This document shows positions 38,232 through 47,917 of a stretch of DNA of 64,000 nucleotides, in pieces. Position 1 is the first letter of the stretch; every line of letters begins with the position of its first letter. The notes below the pieces were generated by a model. It ran no database searches, was not told where the DNA came from, and was given only the letters and a program-made list of their open reading frames with translations. A program made the translations under genes and the position numbers. Source of the stretch: Patescibacteria group bacterium (GTDB taxonomy: Bacteria; Patescibacteriota; Patescibacteriia; PEXW01); the NCBI GenBank assembly GCA_041671325.1, contig JBAZBR010000004.1, forward strand, positions 4,004 to 68,003, written 5' to 3'.

Positions 38232-38660
38232 ATGAGTGGTAACAGGCAGTCTTTGTTACGCATGCCCTATTGGTTTTATGCGGCGGTTGAAATCATTTTT
38301 TATTGGCTAGCGATGGTAAACTTATTGATTATATGTGGGTTGGGGTTTATTAATAACCCCTCACAAATGCTGGTGTGCCTCTTGGCTTTTTTGCCAATGT
38401 TTATTGCGATTGTGCTGTTAATAAGAATGGTCAAGACATGGAATATTTGGGCTAAGCACTGGCGCAAACCGGCTTTACTCCTCTTAGTAGTATTTAATGT
38501 TTACTGTATAGTTTCGGGCCAGAGCTGGGTAACCGATTGGCCAATGATGCGAACAATCTTGTTATTGTCAGCGATGTTGCAAGTGATTACTTTTCTTATT
38601 CTGAATCGGTTGGTCAAGTGGTTACCAGAGGGCTGGCGAACTCAGATACAATTAATTTAA
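38232..38660 (+). CDS. Membrane hypothetical protein
   Basis: Four hydrophobic segments; aaggag SD; hairpin terminator at about 38674-38704. Confidence 0.7.
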   Translation: MSGNRQSLLRMPYWFYAAVEIIFYWLAMVNLLIICGLGFINNPSQMLVCLLAFLPMFIAIVLLIRMVKTWNIWAKHWRKPALLLLVVFNVYCIVSGQSWVTDWPMMRTILLLSAMLQVITFLILNRLVKWLPEGWRTQIQLI

Positions 38661-38713
38661 GGCTTTTTTCAATTTGACCTCATCCGCTGGATGAGGTCAT
38701 TTTTTAGTTTCAC

Positions 38714-38746
38714 GGGTTTGAAAGGGGCTTGGAGTTTAAATTGCAT
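38714..38746 (-). pseudogene. uvrB 5' stub 1
   Basis: Encodes [11 protein letters not shown]; 30/33 nt identical to uvrB start, all three differences synonymous. Confidence 0.9.
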
Positions 38747-38799
38747 AAGTTCAACTGGGTGGTTATAATATTAATACATTTAAATTTAACATAAAAATA

Positions 38800-39207
38800 A
38801 TGTCTATTCTAAAAATATATCAGGAAAAAGCTAATATCTTGAAAAAAAATAATACTTTGTTAGTTATTTGGCTTGTCATATTAATGTGGAACATCGTGGG
38901 TATTGTTGTTACTGTTGTGGGAATGATAGGATCTTTACCGGATTTTGCTCCAAAGGATGTTGGAACTGCAGAAATTATCACAGGCGTGGCAACCATGCTG
39001 TTTTTAACTTTATTATTAGGTATCGCGGTTATTATCGGAGTGTTTAATTTAAAAAAATGGACAATTAGCTTACTTGGTTTATTAGCAATACTGGGCTTAA
39101 TTAGTCTTAATATTATTACAATTCTTACGGGGGTTATTCAATTTGGCCTTTACTGGTATTTGTATAAGGAATACCAAAAACTGACGGGTGATAGCCGGTT
39201 GGTTTGA
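38800..39207 (+). CDS. Membrane hypothetical protein
   Basis: AT-rich, several hydrophobic segments. Confidence 0.7.
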   Translation: MSILKIYQEKANILKKNNTLLVIWLVILMWNIVGIVVTVVGMIGSLPDFAPKDVGTAEIITGVATMLFLTLLLGIAVIIGVFNLKKWTISLLGLLAILGLISLNIITILTGVIQFGLYWYLYKEYQKLTGDSRLV

Positions 39208-39232
39208 AAGATATCTTAAGTTTAAACTTCAT
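39185..39232 (-). pseudogene. uvrB 5' stub 2 (more diverged)
   Basis: Encodes MKFKLKISFKPTGYHP versus [16 protein letters not shown]. Confidence 0.8.
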
Positions 39233-39449
39233 AAGCAAGATTCACTATACCAATGAAGCTCAATTAATAAAAGATTTTTTGTGTTCGCTTCATACCCGCC
39301 TACGCCAAGGCTTCGGCCGACGAAGGTCGGCGGGTTATCAGCCCTAGGGATTTTTTGTGGAATTAGCAAAGTCGTAGCTGGAGGCTGATAAAAATAAAAA
39401 ACACCCCAAGTCCTCAAACTTGGGGTGGGTTTTTGCAAAAAGAGCTAAA

Positions 39450-41075
39450 TCAATCAAAAGCGCCAATTAGTCTCATCCAGTAATGCTGGAATAACCGGTC
39501 AAAGGCTTTTCGCTCAGTATCGCTGTCAGTGAATTGCATAGCGATTTCTTTGCACAAATGCCTTTGGACATAAAGGCGCAAATGCTTATCACCCCTTTCT
39601 TCAGCTTTTTGCCAATCACCATGTTCAACGTTGAAGAACACGATGCCGCTTTCAAAACGGGTGCGCCAATTATAGCCTCGGGCATCGTCAGCAGTGGCCG
39701 TTTTGACCGTTATGCCAAATTGGCTTTTAATCTCATGACGCTGATAGCCGTTTGGATGTTCAGCGCTGGAATGGGTCTTTCCGAGCCTTTCATGAGTTGG
39801 AGGTTGTTTGCCAGACCCACGACAATTCGAACGACTTCTTGCTTCTTCAATAGTCGGCGGGGTAATCCTGACTTTACCGCTTTGTATATTTCCCGCAGTG
39901 GCGCTGACATGGCTGCCAGAAACAAAACCCTTAAACCTTCCTTGAAGTTGCAAGTCGTCGTTCGCCTGGAATAAAGCATCCAGGCCTTCAACGGCTGAAC
40001 GGATGATTTCTGCGTGCTTGATCGAACGTCCACGATCCCGCACCATATCAATGTAGCCAGGGCAATATTCAGCCGCATAGGTTTGGACTGCGGTTACAAA
40101 AGCTTCAAACTGCTCATCCGGGTCAAAACCTTTTCGGTTTTGCCTCAAAGTGCAGAAATTTAAATAAATGTAGCCTTGGAAAAAGCCCGAACCTAGCGTG
40201 GGCTTTACATCGCGCCAAAGATCGCGTACCCGATACAAGTCAAATCCATCTTTGTGCTTGTGGTCAACCATAATTTTTGGGGAGCTAACTGGTTGAACAG
40301 TCGTAAACATCTGGAAGTCAACATCGCCAAAAGGGGTTGGGATGGAAACAGCACGTTGCCGTCGGCCAGGGAATTCCTGTGGCTTTGCGTCAACCACCTG
40401 TTCAGGGCCGGTAAGTGGTTTATAGACTAACCGGACAAGGGCGTTTTGACTCTTGATTTTAACGGCATACCTTTCGCCAAGATAGCTGGCAATTTCTTCA
40501 ATGCGAGCCAATTGCTTCATGGCATTGGGCATGACATCTTTCAGAATCACGCAGGTGGTTGGCTGGAAATTCCCAGGCGGGTTTTTGTAGCCAAAGCCCG
40601 GCGGCATGGTTTCAAAAACACCCTTCGGCTTGTCATTGGGGCCCTGAACCTTTTTAATCCCGGCTTTTAAAACGTGTAGCTGTATATACGGGCTGTGCGG
40701 AACGGTTAAAGACCTGGTAATCCAGGTCATTTCCCCTTTTGTTTCCGAAACCAAGAAGAGCGCGGCAATCTTATCAAGTCCTTTTTCGCCGATATCTTCG
40801 GGGTTAAACTTGTTGGTCATGCCGACATTGTTCCAGATTTTCAGCAGCTCAGCTTTGGTAGCGCCCAAGCCGTCATCCCAGCCAAGCATCATTGATCTTT
40901 TTTCATCGATGACAATAATGATATGTTTGGCTTTTTTGTCCAAAGAATTTTGGACAAGGGCGGCGATCACGTCTGAAGGGGTTTCTGCCAAGTGGGCCAA
41001 ATACCATAAGACGTTGCCGACATGGACGCCGATTTCAAACTCCTCGCGCCTGATTCCGTCTTTGGGGTTTGTCAT
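39450..41075 (-). CDS. GHKL (HATPase_c/MORC-like) ATPase-domain protein
   Basis: ALVQNSLD, DDGLG, IGEKGL, TTCVIL motifs. Confidence 0.75.
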   Translation of the reverse strand: MTNPKDGIRREEFEIGVHVGNVLWYLAHLAETPSDVIAALVQNSLDKKAKHIIIVIDEKRSMMLGWDDGLGATKAELLKIWNNVGMTNKFNPEDIGEKGLDKIAALFLVSETKGEMTWITRSLTVPHSPYIQLHVLKAGIKKVQGPNDKPKGVFETMPPGFGYKNPPGNFQPTTCVILKDVMPNAMKQLARIEEIASYLGERYAVKIKSQNALVRLVYKPLTGPEQVVDAKPQEFPGRRQRAVSIPTPFGDVDFQMFTTVQPVSSPKIMVDHKHKDGFDLYRVRDLWRDVKPTLGSGFFQGYIYLNFCTLRQNRKGFDPDEQFEAFVTAVQTYAAEYCPGYIDMVRDRGRSIKHAEIIRSAVEGLDALFQANDDLQLQGRFKGFVSGSHVSATAGNIQSGKVRITPPTIEEARSRSNCRGSGKQPPTHERLGKTHSSAEHPNGYQRHEIKSQFGITVKTATADDARGYNWRTRFESGIVFFNVEHGDWQKAEERGDKHLRLYVQRHLCKEIAMQFTDSDTERKAFDRLFQHYWMRLIGAFD

Positions 41076-41587
41076 TTATCACCCCCAGAGTTATGTCCGG
41101 AACCAAGATGTAGATGTCCCTCTTCAATCAGTGTCCGGCGGATCGTTTCCGAATTCAGAGCTCGGGCGAGGGTTGAAAACAGCTTCAAGCCATCCCCACC
41201 ACAGAGTTCACGCAACTTGTCTCGCAATGAGGAATCGGGATCTTGGGCAATGAGCTGTAAATCCGGTAACATAAGCTGGATTAACAACTGAAGCCGATTT
41301 ACTACCGTCATGTCTTTAGCAGTTGATTCTGGATAAGCGAGTAGTTTAGCCAAAGCCGTGGAAGTTGCTGGGCCATTAAAAAGCGCGTTACCAGTCAATT
41401 CAAAAAGTTTTCTTCGGTGTTTAGCTGAACGTGGGACACTCTTGCCATTCCACCATTCGGTGAAAGTGGATTTGGGAATGCCCAATCTTTGCGCCATGGC
41501 AGTCGGCCCGTCAAGCTTGAGTTGCCGCGCGCAGTTCTTCAAAATCACTGATATAGTTTTGTCCATTTTTTCGTCCTTTCTACACAT
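41072..41587 (-). CDS. XRE-like helix-turn-helix protein
   Basis: PTAMAQRLGIPKSTFTEWWNGKSVP. Confidence 0.75.
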   Translation of the reverse strand: MCRKDEKMDKTISVILKNCARQLKLDGPTAMAQRLGIPKSTFTEWWNGKSVPRSAKHRRKLFELTGNALFNGPATSTALAKLLAYPESTAKDMTVVNRLQLLIQLMLPDLQLIAQDPDSSLRDKLRELCGGDGLKLFSTLARALNSETIRRTLIEEGHLHLGSGHNSGGDK

Positions 41588-41593
41588 CAGTGG

Positions 41594-42454
41594 TTAAGAT
41601 ATTCGAACGCGTTTGGCAAGCCTGATCATGGAATCGGAGAAAACTCTGACTTGGGTGATCCTGGAAATTTCATTGGCGATTGTTACCCAGGCTTTTTTCT
41701 TAGCCCTGGCTTGGCGCAAAAAAGCCACCAAGCTAATTTTCTTTTTGACCCGTAAAATCCGGTCAGCTTTGAAGTTGTCTTTCTTCAAAATGATTTGCCG
41801 ACGGCCGAGTTGGGGCTTGGGGGTCAAAGACAGAACCTTCATCCAGGAACACAATATCCGTTGATTGACCGTTAGGACGTATTTTTCACTGATTGTTTTG
41901 GCTGCTCGTTTTTGTGATTTTTGATCAGCGTAGATGGCAGCAATAATTCTTCTGGCTTTTTTAACCCCGCCAACCCGACGGCAAAAACCACGCAAAGACT
42001 TACTCCGTGAAGGAAGGTCTTGTATAGAGGTTATTCGTCTGGGTTTTCTTGACCTTTTTCTTTTGTACCTGGATTTCAGTTTATGGAGTCTTTCCGGGCT
42101 GGTTAGCGTTTGGGCGGTTGTGCCAAAATGTATGTCCAGCACGGAAAAGCCAAGTCTTGAACTGGCGCTGGCTAGCCACACTGCAAATGCTTCATAATGA
42201 GCAAGTACAGCCAGGCCCAGATCCAAAGCGTCTTTTTCCTCGCCTTTGAATTTCGGAATATGGGTATAAAGCAGTTGCGGAGAGAGGTTGCCTTCTCGCC
42301 TGGCCGCTGAAATCAAGGTGTGCAAATCTGGATGGTCATCCAAGTAGCGATGAAAATCTTGATCGTTCATCAGGTCTTTGGTTGCGGCGAGGCTTTTACG
42401 AATAATCTCAATTGCTTTTTGCATCTTTCGGTTTTCCTTTCGTGCCCGTGCCAA
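41594..42454 (-). CDS. Basic hypothetical protein, possible HTH
   Basis: K/R-rich 286-aa ORF; alternative ATG at 42424. Confidence 0.7.
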   Translation of the reverse strand: MARARKENRKMQKAIEIIRKSLAATKDLMNDQDFHRYLDDHPDLHTLISAARREGNLSPQLLYTHIPKFKGEEKDALDLGLAVLAHYEAFAVWLASASSRLGFSVLDIHFGTTAQTLTSPERLHKLKSRYKRKRSRKPRRITSIQDLPSRSKSLRGFCRRVGGVKKARRIIAAIYADQKSQKRAAKTISEKYVLTVNQRILCSWMKVLSLTPKPQLGRRQIILKKDNFKADRILRVKKKISLVAFLRQARAKKKAWVTIANEISRITQVRVFSDSMIRLAKRVRIS

Positions 42455-42865
42455 GATTTTCTTGACGTGGACGTGATAGGGTTATGGTTTTATTGCTTTC
42501 CAAAAAGCCTTAATTCCATGATCTCTTTTGATCACGGCTAGCCAGCGGGCGGCCTTAGCTAAACCCGGGTCATGGGTAGATGCTAAAGCCAAACGATGAC
42601 ACTTATCCGGACTGTTGCTTTGAGCTAATCCAATTAGACTAGGTTCTTGTAAAGCCGGTTGCGCTAAGATTTTCAGCTCAGTTAAACTGTGTTTCGCGGC
42701 CACACTTTTAACTCCTTTCGTTTTCAAGTTGCGGTTTTTTTGGTTTATTTAAGAAAGCCAAAAAGCTTTCAAATTACCTTAAAATTATTACTTGAGTTTG
42801 TCAATAAATGAAAATCTGCTAATTAATAGAAAAAGCCTTAGCCTTATCAGTGCTATACTTTATCT

Positions 42866-43453
42866 ATGATCGCGCAAATCCGCGGGCAAATCACTGCCCT
42901 AACAATAAAATCAGCAATCGTGGATGTTAACGGCATTGGTTACCGGGTTTTTGTGACCCCGCAAACCTTGGCGGGTTTGGAAATCAACCAAACCTATACT
43001 TTATATACCCACCACCACCAGCGGGAAGACGGGCAAGAATTGTACGGCTTTTTAAGTGTGGACGAGCGGGACATGTTTGAAAAACTTTTAAGCGTGAATG
43101 GGGTGGGTCCCAAATCCGCCTTGGGAGTTTTGTCGCGCGCCCGAGTTTCGGATATTGTCAAAGCCGTGCAAGAAAATGAAACCAGCATGCTGACCAAAGT
43201 TTCGGGGATTGGCGCCAAAACCGCGGAAAGAATTGTGCGGGAATTGGCCGGAAAATTGGACGGGCAATTTATAATTACTAAACCTGGCGAAATTGCTGCC
43301 ACCAGCGATGAGGCTGATGTCATTTCCGCTTTGGAGCAATTGGGTTATTCGGCCAATGAAGCCAGGAAAGCCTTAGCTGGTTTACCGAAAGATATAAAGG
43401 ATCCAGCGCAAAAAATTAAGGCAGTGTTAAAAAACCACGGCCAAGCCAAATAA
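42866..43453 (+). CDS. ruvA: Holliday junction branch migration protein RuvA
   Basis: VNGIGY, REDG.ELYGF, VNGVGPKSAL, GIGAKTAERI, ALEQLGY. Confidence 0.97.
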   Translation: MIAQIRGQITALTIKSAIVDVNGIGYRVFVTPQTLAGLEINQTYTLYTHHHQREDGQELYGFLSVDERDMFEKLLSVNGVGPKSALGVLSRARVSDIVKAVQENETSMLTKVSGIGAKTAERIVRELAGKLDGQFIITKPGEIAATSDEADVISALEQLGYSANEARKALAGLPKDIKDPAQKIKAVLKNHGQAK

Positions 43454-43454
43454 T

Positions 43455-44486
43455 ATGGAAATTCAAGCTTGGTCAGATCAGGAAAATTGGGAGAAATTTT
43501 TAAGCACTATCCAGCACGCGCCTTTTCAGCAGTCTTGGGCTTGGGGTGAATTCCAAAAATCCCGAGGTGCGGAAATTATCAGGTTAGCCGTAATTAAAAA
43601 TCAAAAACTTATTGGTCTTGTCCAAGGCTTAATTGAGCCTTGGCGTTTTGGCCAACAAACTGTAACGGTTTTTTCCGGTCCCGTGGCGGATTTAAATTTA
43701 CAACCCAAAGAATACCAGGAAGTTTTAAGTTTGTCAGTGATTAAATTAATTGAAATCGCGAAAACTAGGACTTGTATGTATTTCCATATTGAACCGGCAA
43801 TTGAAAAAAGCCAGGAGTCATTATTTCGTGCATTAATTGAGGAAAATAAATTAACACCTGCCAAAGCCTTTCAACCAGTGGATACGGTCGTTTTAGATGT
43901 CAATAAGGATGAAAATTCTATCCTGCAAAACATGCACGAAAAGACTCGTTACAATATCCGTTTGTCCGAGAAAAAAGGCGTGCAAGCGCAAAGTTATGTG
44001 GGGGAAATGGCCAAAGAAAAAATGGATTTATTTATTCGGCTGAACCAAGAAACCACGGCGCGGGATAAATTCACCAGCCACAGCGCCGGTTATTATAAAA
44101 AAATGGCAGAAAATTTACCCGAAGGCACGCTAAAACTTTTTATTGCCAGTTTTGAAAACCAGCCAATTGCCGCCAATGTAATTATTGATTATGCCGACAC
44201 CTCAACTTATTTGCATGGTGCCTCGTCGGATAAATTCCGCAATGTCATGGCCCCGCATTTGTTGCAGTGGCGCCAGATTTTGGAGGCTAAATTGGCAGGC
44301 AAACATTGGTACGATTTTTACGGCATCCAGACGGAAACTAGGATGAGACAATCAAAATCTGGCGCCAGCTGGGCAGGCATTACTCGTTTCAAGTTGGGCT
44401 TTAGCGGCCAGGTTACTTCTTATTTAGATGCCTTGGAGTTGCCAATTAAAAAAACCTGGTATAGGCTTTTAAAAGTTATCCGTTAA
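43455..44486 (+). CDS. FemAB/FemX family peptidoglycan bridge aminoacyltransferase
   Basis: QSWAWGEF, KTRYNIR, YLHGAS, YDFYGI, GITRFKLGF. Confidence 0.92.
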   Translation: MEIQAWSDQENWEKFLSTIQHAPFQQSWAWGEFQKSRGAEIIRLAVIKNQKLIGLVQGLIEPWRFGQQTVTVFSGPVADLNLQPKEYQEVLSLSVIKLIEIAKTRTCMYFHIEPAIEKSQESLFRALIEENKLTPAKAFQPVDTVVLDVNKDENSILQNMHEKTRYNIRLSEKKGVQAQSYVGEMAKEKMDLFIRLNQETTARDKFTSHSAGYYKKMAENLPEGTLKLFIASFENQPIAANVIIDYADTSTYLHGASSDKFRNVMAPHLLQWRQILEAKLAGKHWYDFYGIQTETRMRQSKSGASWAGITRFKLGFSGQVTSYLDALELPIKKTWYRLLKVIR

Positions 44487-44496
44487 CTAAAATTTT

Positions 44497-45222
44497 ATGA
44501 TCAAGACTGCTGTCATTTCCGCCGCTGGCAAAGGCACGCGCATGAAAGAGCTGGCCAAAGACAAACCCAAACACATGATTGAAGTGAATGGCAAGCCCTT
44601 CTTGTGGTATTTGATTGAAAATCTGCGCGCCGCCGGCTTTGATGATTTAATTATCGTGGTTGGCCACCTTTGCCAGCATATTGAAAAGTTCGCTGAATCT
44701 TATCCGCACAAACTGACCATTGTTAACCAATACGGCGTCATGGGCGAAGAGGTTTATGGTACGGCCGTGCCGATTATGGCTGCCAAAGAAGCGGTGGATG
44801 GCAAACCTTTCATTGCGGTCTATGGCGATAACCTGTATTCAGTCCGGGATTTGAAAGCCATGAACCATGATGATGGGCTTTGTTATGTCGGCGGTTTGCC
44901 GCATGAGAATTGGCAGAAGTACGGAGTTTTGATCCCCGGCTCAAACCAGGAATTAAAAGAGATCATCGAAAAACCTGATCATGATGTGGGTTCAAAATTA
45001 ATTAACACCGGCTTGTATACTTTTACCCAAGATATTTTGGAAGCCTGCAAACACGTCAAACCCACGCCACCCAAAAATGAATTATATTTGACTGACGCCA
45101 TAACCGAATTGGCTAGCCAGGGCAAAGTCATGATCCAGCCCATCCAGGATTATTGGAAAGATTTTGGCTCACCAGAGGATGTGGGCACAGTCAGCCGGTT
45201 TTTAATAGAAAGAAGTAAGTAA
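44497..45222 (+). CDS. Sugar-phosphate nucleotidyltransferase
   Basis: AAGKGTRM...KPK, YGD, EKP, ELYLTD. Confidence 0.9.
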   Translation: MIKTAVISAAGKGTRMKELAKDKPKHMIEVNGKPFLWYLIENLRAAGFDDLIIVVGHLCQHIEKFAESYPHKLTIVNQYGVMGEEVYGTAVPIMAAKEAVDGKPFIAVYGDNLYSVRDLKAMNHDDGLCYVGGLPHENWQKYGVLIPGSNQELKEIIEKPDHDVGSKLINTGLYTFTQDILEACKHVKPTPPKNELYLTDAITELASQGKVMIQPIQDYWKDFGSPEDVGTVSRFLIERSK

Positions 45223-45233
45223 GGAAGAATCTC

Positions 45234-45308
45234 GCGCCCGTAGCTCAACGGATAGAGTATTGGCCTCCCTCCGGGCCGTTGACCCGTAGGGCCAGAGGCC
45301 GAAGCCTA
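45234..45308 (+). pseudogene. 5' half of a diverged tRNA-Arg(CCG) with 32-nt insertion in the anticodon loop
   Basis: gcgcccg-ta-gctc-aacggata-gagt-a-ttggc-ct[insert 45267-45298]ccg-aa-gccta; no T arm. Confidence 0.8.
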
Positions 45309-45328
45309 AAAATCTAATTAATTATACT

Positions 45329-45403
45329 GTCCCCATAGCTTAACGGATAAAGCGTAGGCCTCCGAAGCCTGAGATTGAGGTTCAATTCCTCATGGGGGCA
45401 CCA
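45329..45403 (+). tRNA. tRNA-Arg(CCG)
   Basis: gtcccca/tgggggc acceptor, taggc-ct CCG aa-gcctg, tgagg-ttcaatt-cctca, CCA. Confidence 0.95.
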
Positions 45404-45581
45404 GCTCGTTTCGTGCTTCACCCTGCGTGAGCGCGCTTTTCGCTTGCTCACTTCAGGTTACGCACGAAGCCTCGCATTCCCGACAAACCCGTACTCGCTC
45501 CGCTGCGTTCCTGGTTTGTCGGGTCAGGTTTCACAAACGTGTCGCTTACCCCAATTTTTTATTAAAAAATTGGGGCCCCCC
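45404..45581 (+). repeat. Structured tRNA 3' trailer element, copy 2
   Basis: Begins gctcgtttcgtgcttc as at 1130; same stem order. Confidence 0.8.
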
Positions 45582-45690
45582 GGGTTTTAGTTTGCTTTTT
45601 TATCCTTAAAGAGAGAAAATAAAAAGGCACACCCTTAAACAAATAAGGGTTTAAAGCATTACAAAATCTCAATAATTAACCAAAATAATT

Positions 45691-46485
45691 ATGAGCAAAA
45701 AAACTATATTAATAAGAAGCGTATTTTTAATCGCTCTGGCCTTTGTCGTTACTGGCTGCAGCAAAAAAACCACCAACACCAACACCACGAATACCAACAC
45801 CAATGTGGTGGTGACTGAAGCGCCCTTTGTCATGAATGGCAGTACCAAGGTCTTCAGCCTTAAATTGGTCAATGGGTTATTCAATTATAAAACCATGACT
45901 TTTTACGCTGGCGACAATGTGGAAGTCCGGTTGACCAGCAATAACCAGCCAGTTGATTTTAAATTCCAAAATGTACCAGCCACTTCAACCAACGGCATCT
46001 TCCGTACCATTATCCAGGATGATGACAAGGGCGGAACCTATTTGCTGGTTTGTTCGAACCAAGAGTGCGGTAGCATCACCTTAACGGTTATTCCAAAAAC
46101 CAACACTAATACCACGAATGGCAACACCAATCAAGCCGCTAATACCAATACCTCGCCTAACCAAATCACCAAAGTTGAATTGCAACGCATCCCGGCTGGC
46201 ACAACCTTTAGTCCCAATAATACCTATGAAACTACGACCAGTTTCAATGTCGGCGATCAATTCGGCTTGAGCGTTACTGGGGAATTTAAACTCGGTACCA
46301 CTTTAGCCCACACCTTCACCAATAGTGCCGGCAAAGAAATTGAAGCACAGTCTAAGCATCAAAACTTACAGCCTGGCACGAACGGCTCTTGCTGTTTCAG
46401 TCTGCCCACTACCGCTGGTTCGTATAACCTCAAACTTTATGTGGATGGTAAGGCTGCCCAGAGCGTGCCGATTACTTTGAAATAA
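45691..46485 (+). CDS. Lipoprotein with Thr/Asn-rich linkers
   Basis: Lipobox VTGC; TNTNTT tracts. Confidence 0.8.
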   Translation: MSKKTILIRSVFLIALAFVVTGCSKKTTNTNTTNTNTNVVVTEAPFVMNGSTKVFSLKLVNGLFNYKTMTFYAGDNVEVRLTSNNQPVDFKFQNVPATSTNGIFRTIIQDDDKGGTYLLVCSNQECGSITLTVIPKTNTNTTNGNTNQAANTNTSPNQITKVELQRIPAGTTFSPNNTYETTTSFNVGDQFGLSVTGEFKLGTTLAHTFTNSAGKEIEAQSKHQNLQPGTNGSCCFSLPTTAGSYNLKLYVDGKAAQSVPITLK

Positions 46486-46609
46486 TAAATTTCAGGACAA
46501 TATTAAAACACCTCAAGGCAAAGTCTTGGTAGTCCCGTAAGAAATATAAGTATAAAAAACAACCCCGCTGGTTTTTGCGGGATTGTTTTTCAAATTGATT
46601 TTTAATTTT

Positions 46610-47737
46610 TTACCAAAGCGGAACCCATAAATCTTCAATGATATCAACAAAGAGACTTCCAGTGTCATTGAAATACGAACCCGGCAGGTCGTAAATTAAC
46701 AAACCTAGAGGGTTGCCTGTTCCTGCATAAGGTATCTGGTAAGTATTTAGGGTATTATAGGCACCCCAATTTACAAACCCATTGTCCACCTTGAGGTCAA
46801 GGAGATCGGTTCCGTATGTGTCATACGGTGCTGCGACCCCATCAACCCAGTTTGTCCCATCTGAAGTGCTGTAATCGGCATCAAAATTAATGACGCAACC
46901 AGGCTGGTTGCATGCATAAGCCGTGCCGTACGCCTTCAGGAAATAATTCTTGCCTAATCCAAGCGTGTTATCGCTAAAAGTCGGCGTTGCTTGGCTTGCC
47001 AGGACTTCGACAGTCTCTACGAATGTCGGGCCGACATGATATGTACCCCGATGCCAATCTTCAAGAATGCTTTTTGAAACGCCAAACTTGTAATGTCCGC
47101 CAAAATCCAAACCGGTTTTTTCTTTCATAATATCCAAAATCTGGATCGCACTGCAGCCATAGGTGTATTCCATAGTCACCCAGGCTGTATTAGTAACCAT
47201 AGTTCTTGGTGTTTTCGTAATCCACCTAGAGCCGTCCCACATGTAGCGGTTAGTGCCTAAACTTTCGGTTAGATGATCCGCATCCGTACCAGGACATTTA
47301 TCAGCGTCCCCATAAATCCCGTCATGGTCATCTGGCGTCGCTGTGCCGGTCATGTACCAAGCCCAAGGAACATTGCCACTGATATGGCCGGTGCCATCGA
47401 TTGTTCCGGAAACGGTAACAGTGTATCCAGGGTTATACGGACCAGCATAAGTTGTGGTTAAAGAAATATTGTTTCCATCAACGTAACCGGTTATGGTTTC
47501 CGTAGTCTGGCCAGGCAAATTATATGGCGCACTGCCAGCCGGATATCCGGCGGTTCCCGTAAAGGTTCCGTCAGAGAGCTGGTTGGTAATGGTTACATCA
47601 TGATGGTAAGAACCCAAAACCACCCATTCGTATGTTCCAGTCACATCCCAATTGGGGCTGTAAGCGCTGGATGGGATAGGCAAACAAAACAAAAACAATA
47701 TTGCCCCCGTAGCAATACCTGAAATTATTTTTTTCAT
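46610..47737 (-). CDS. Secreted hypothetical protein
   Basis: Signal peptide; G/T/Y-rich; D-rich DDHDGIYGDADKCP segment. Confidence 0.8.
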   Translation of the reverse strand: MKKIISGIATGAILFLFCLPIPSSAYSPNWDVTGTYEWVVLGSYHHDVTITNQLSDGTFTGTAGYPAGSAPYNLPGQTTETITGYVDGNNISLTTTYAGPYNPGYTVTVSGTIDGTGHISGNVPWAWYMTGTATPDDHDGIYGDADKCPGTDADHLTESLGTNRYMWDGSRWITKTPRTMVTNTAWVTMEYTYGCSAIQILDIMKEKTGLDFGGHYKFGVSKSILEDWHRGTYHVGPTFVETVEVLASQATPTFSDNTLGLGKNYFLKAYGTAYACNQPGCVINFDADYSTSDGTNWVDGVAAPYDTYGTDLLDLKVDNGFVNWGAYNTLNTYQIPYAGTGNPLGLLIYDLPGSYFNDTGSLFVDIIEDLWVPLW

Positions 47738-47917
47738 TTTTTCACCCCCTTCCTTTATATAAAGGCTATATAAAAGCTGTTAAGCCATTGTAACAGGGGT
47801 TTAAACGTTTAACAATAAGCTTTTCTAAAGGGTAAAGAAAAACGATTTTTATTTGATTTTCTGGGATGAAAGAGGGAGAATGGGATTATCAAGCTTGATT
47901 ATTAATATTGTCAATAT

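Noticed and set aside
42482-42727. 81-aa ORF upstream of the GHKL operon
   Set aside because: TTG start and no motifs; not listed as a CDS, though it could be the first gene of the operon.
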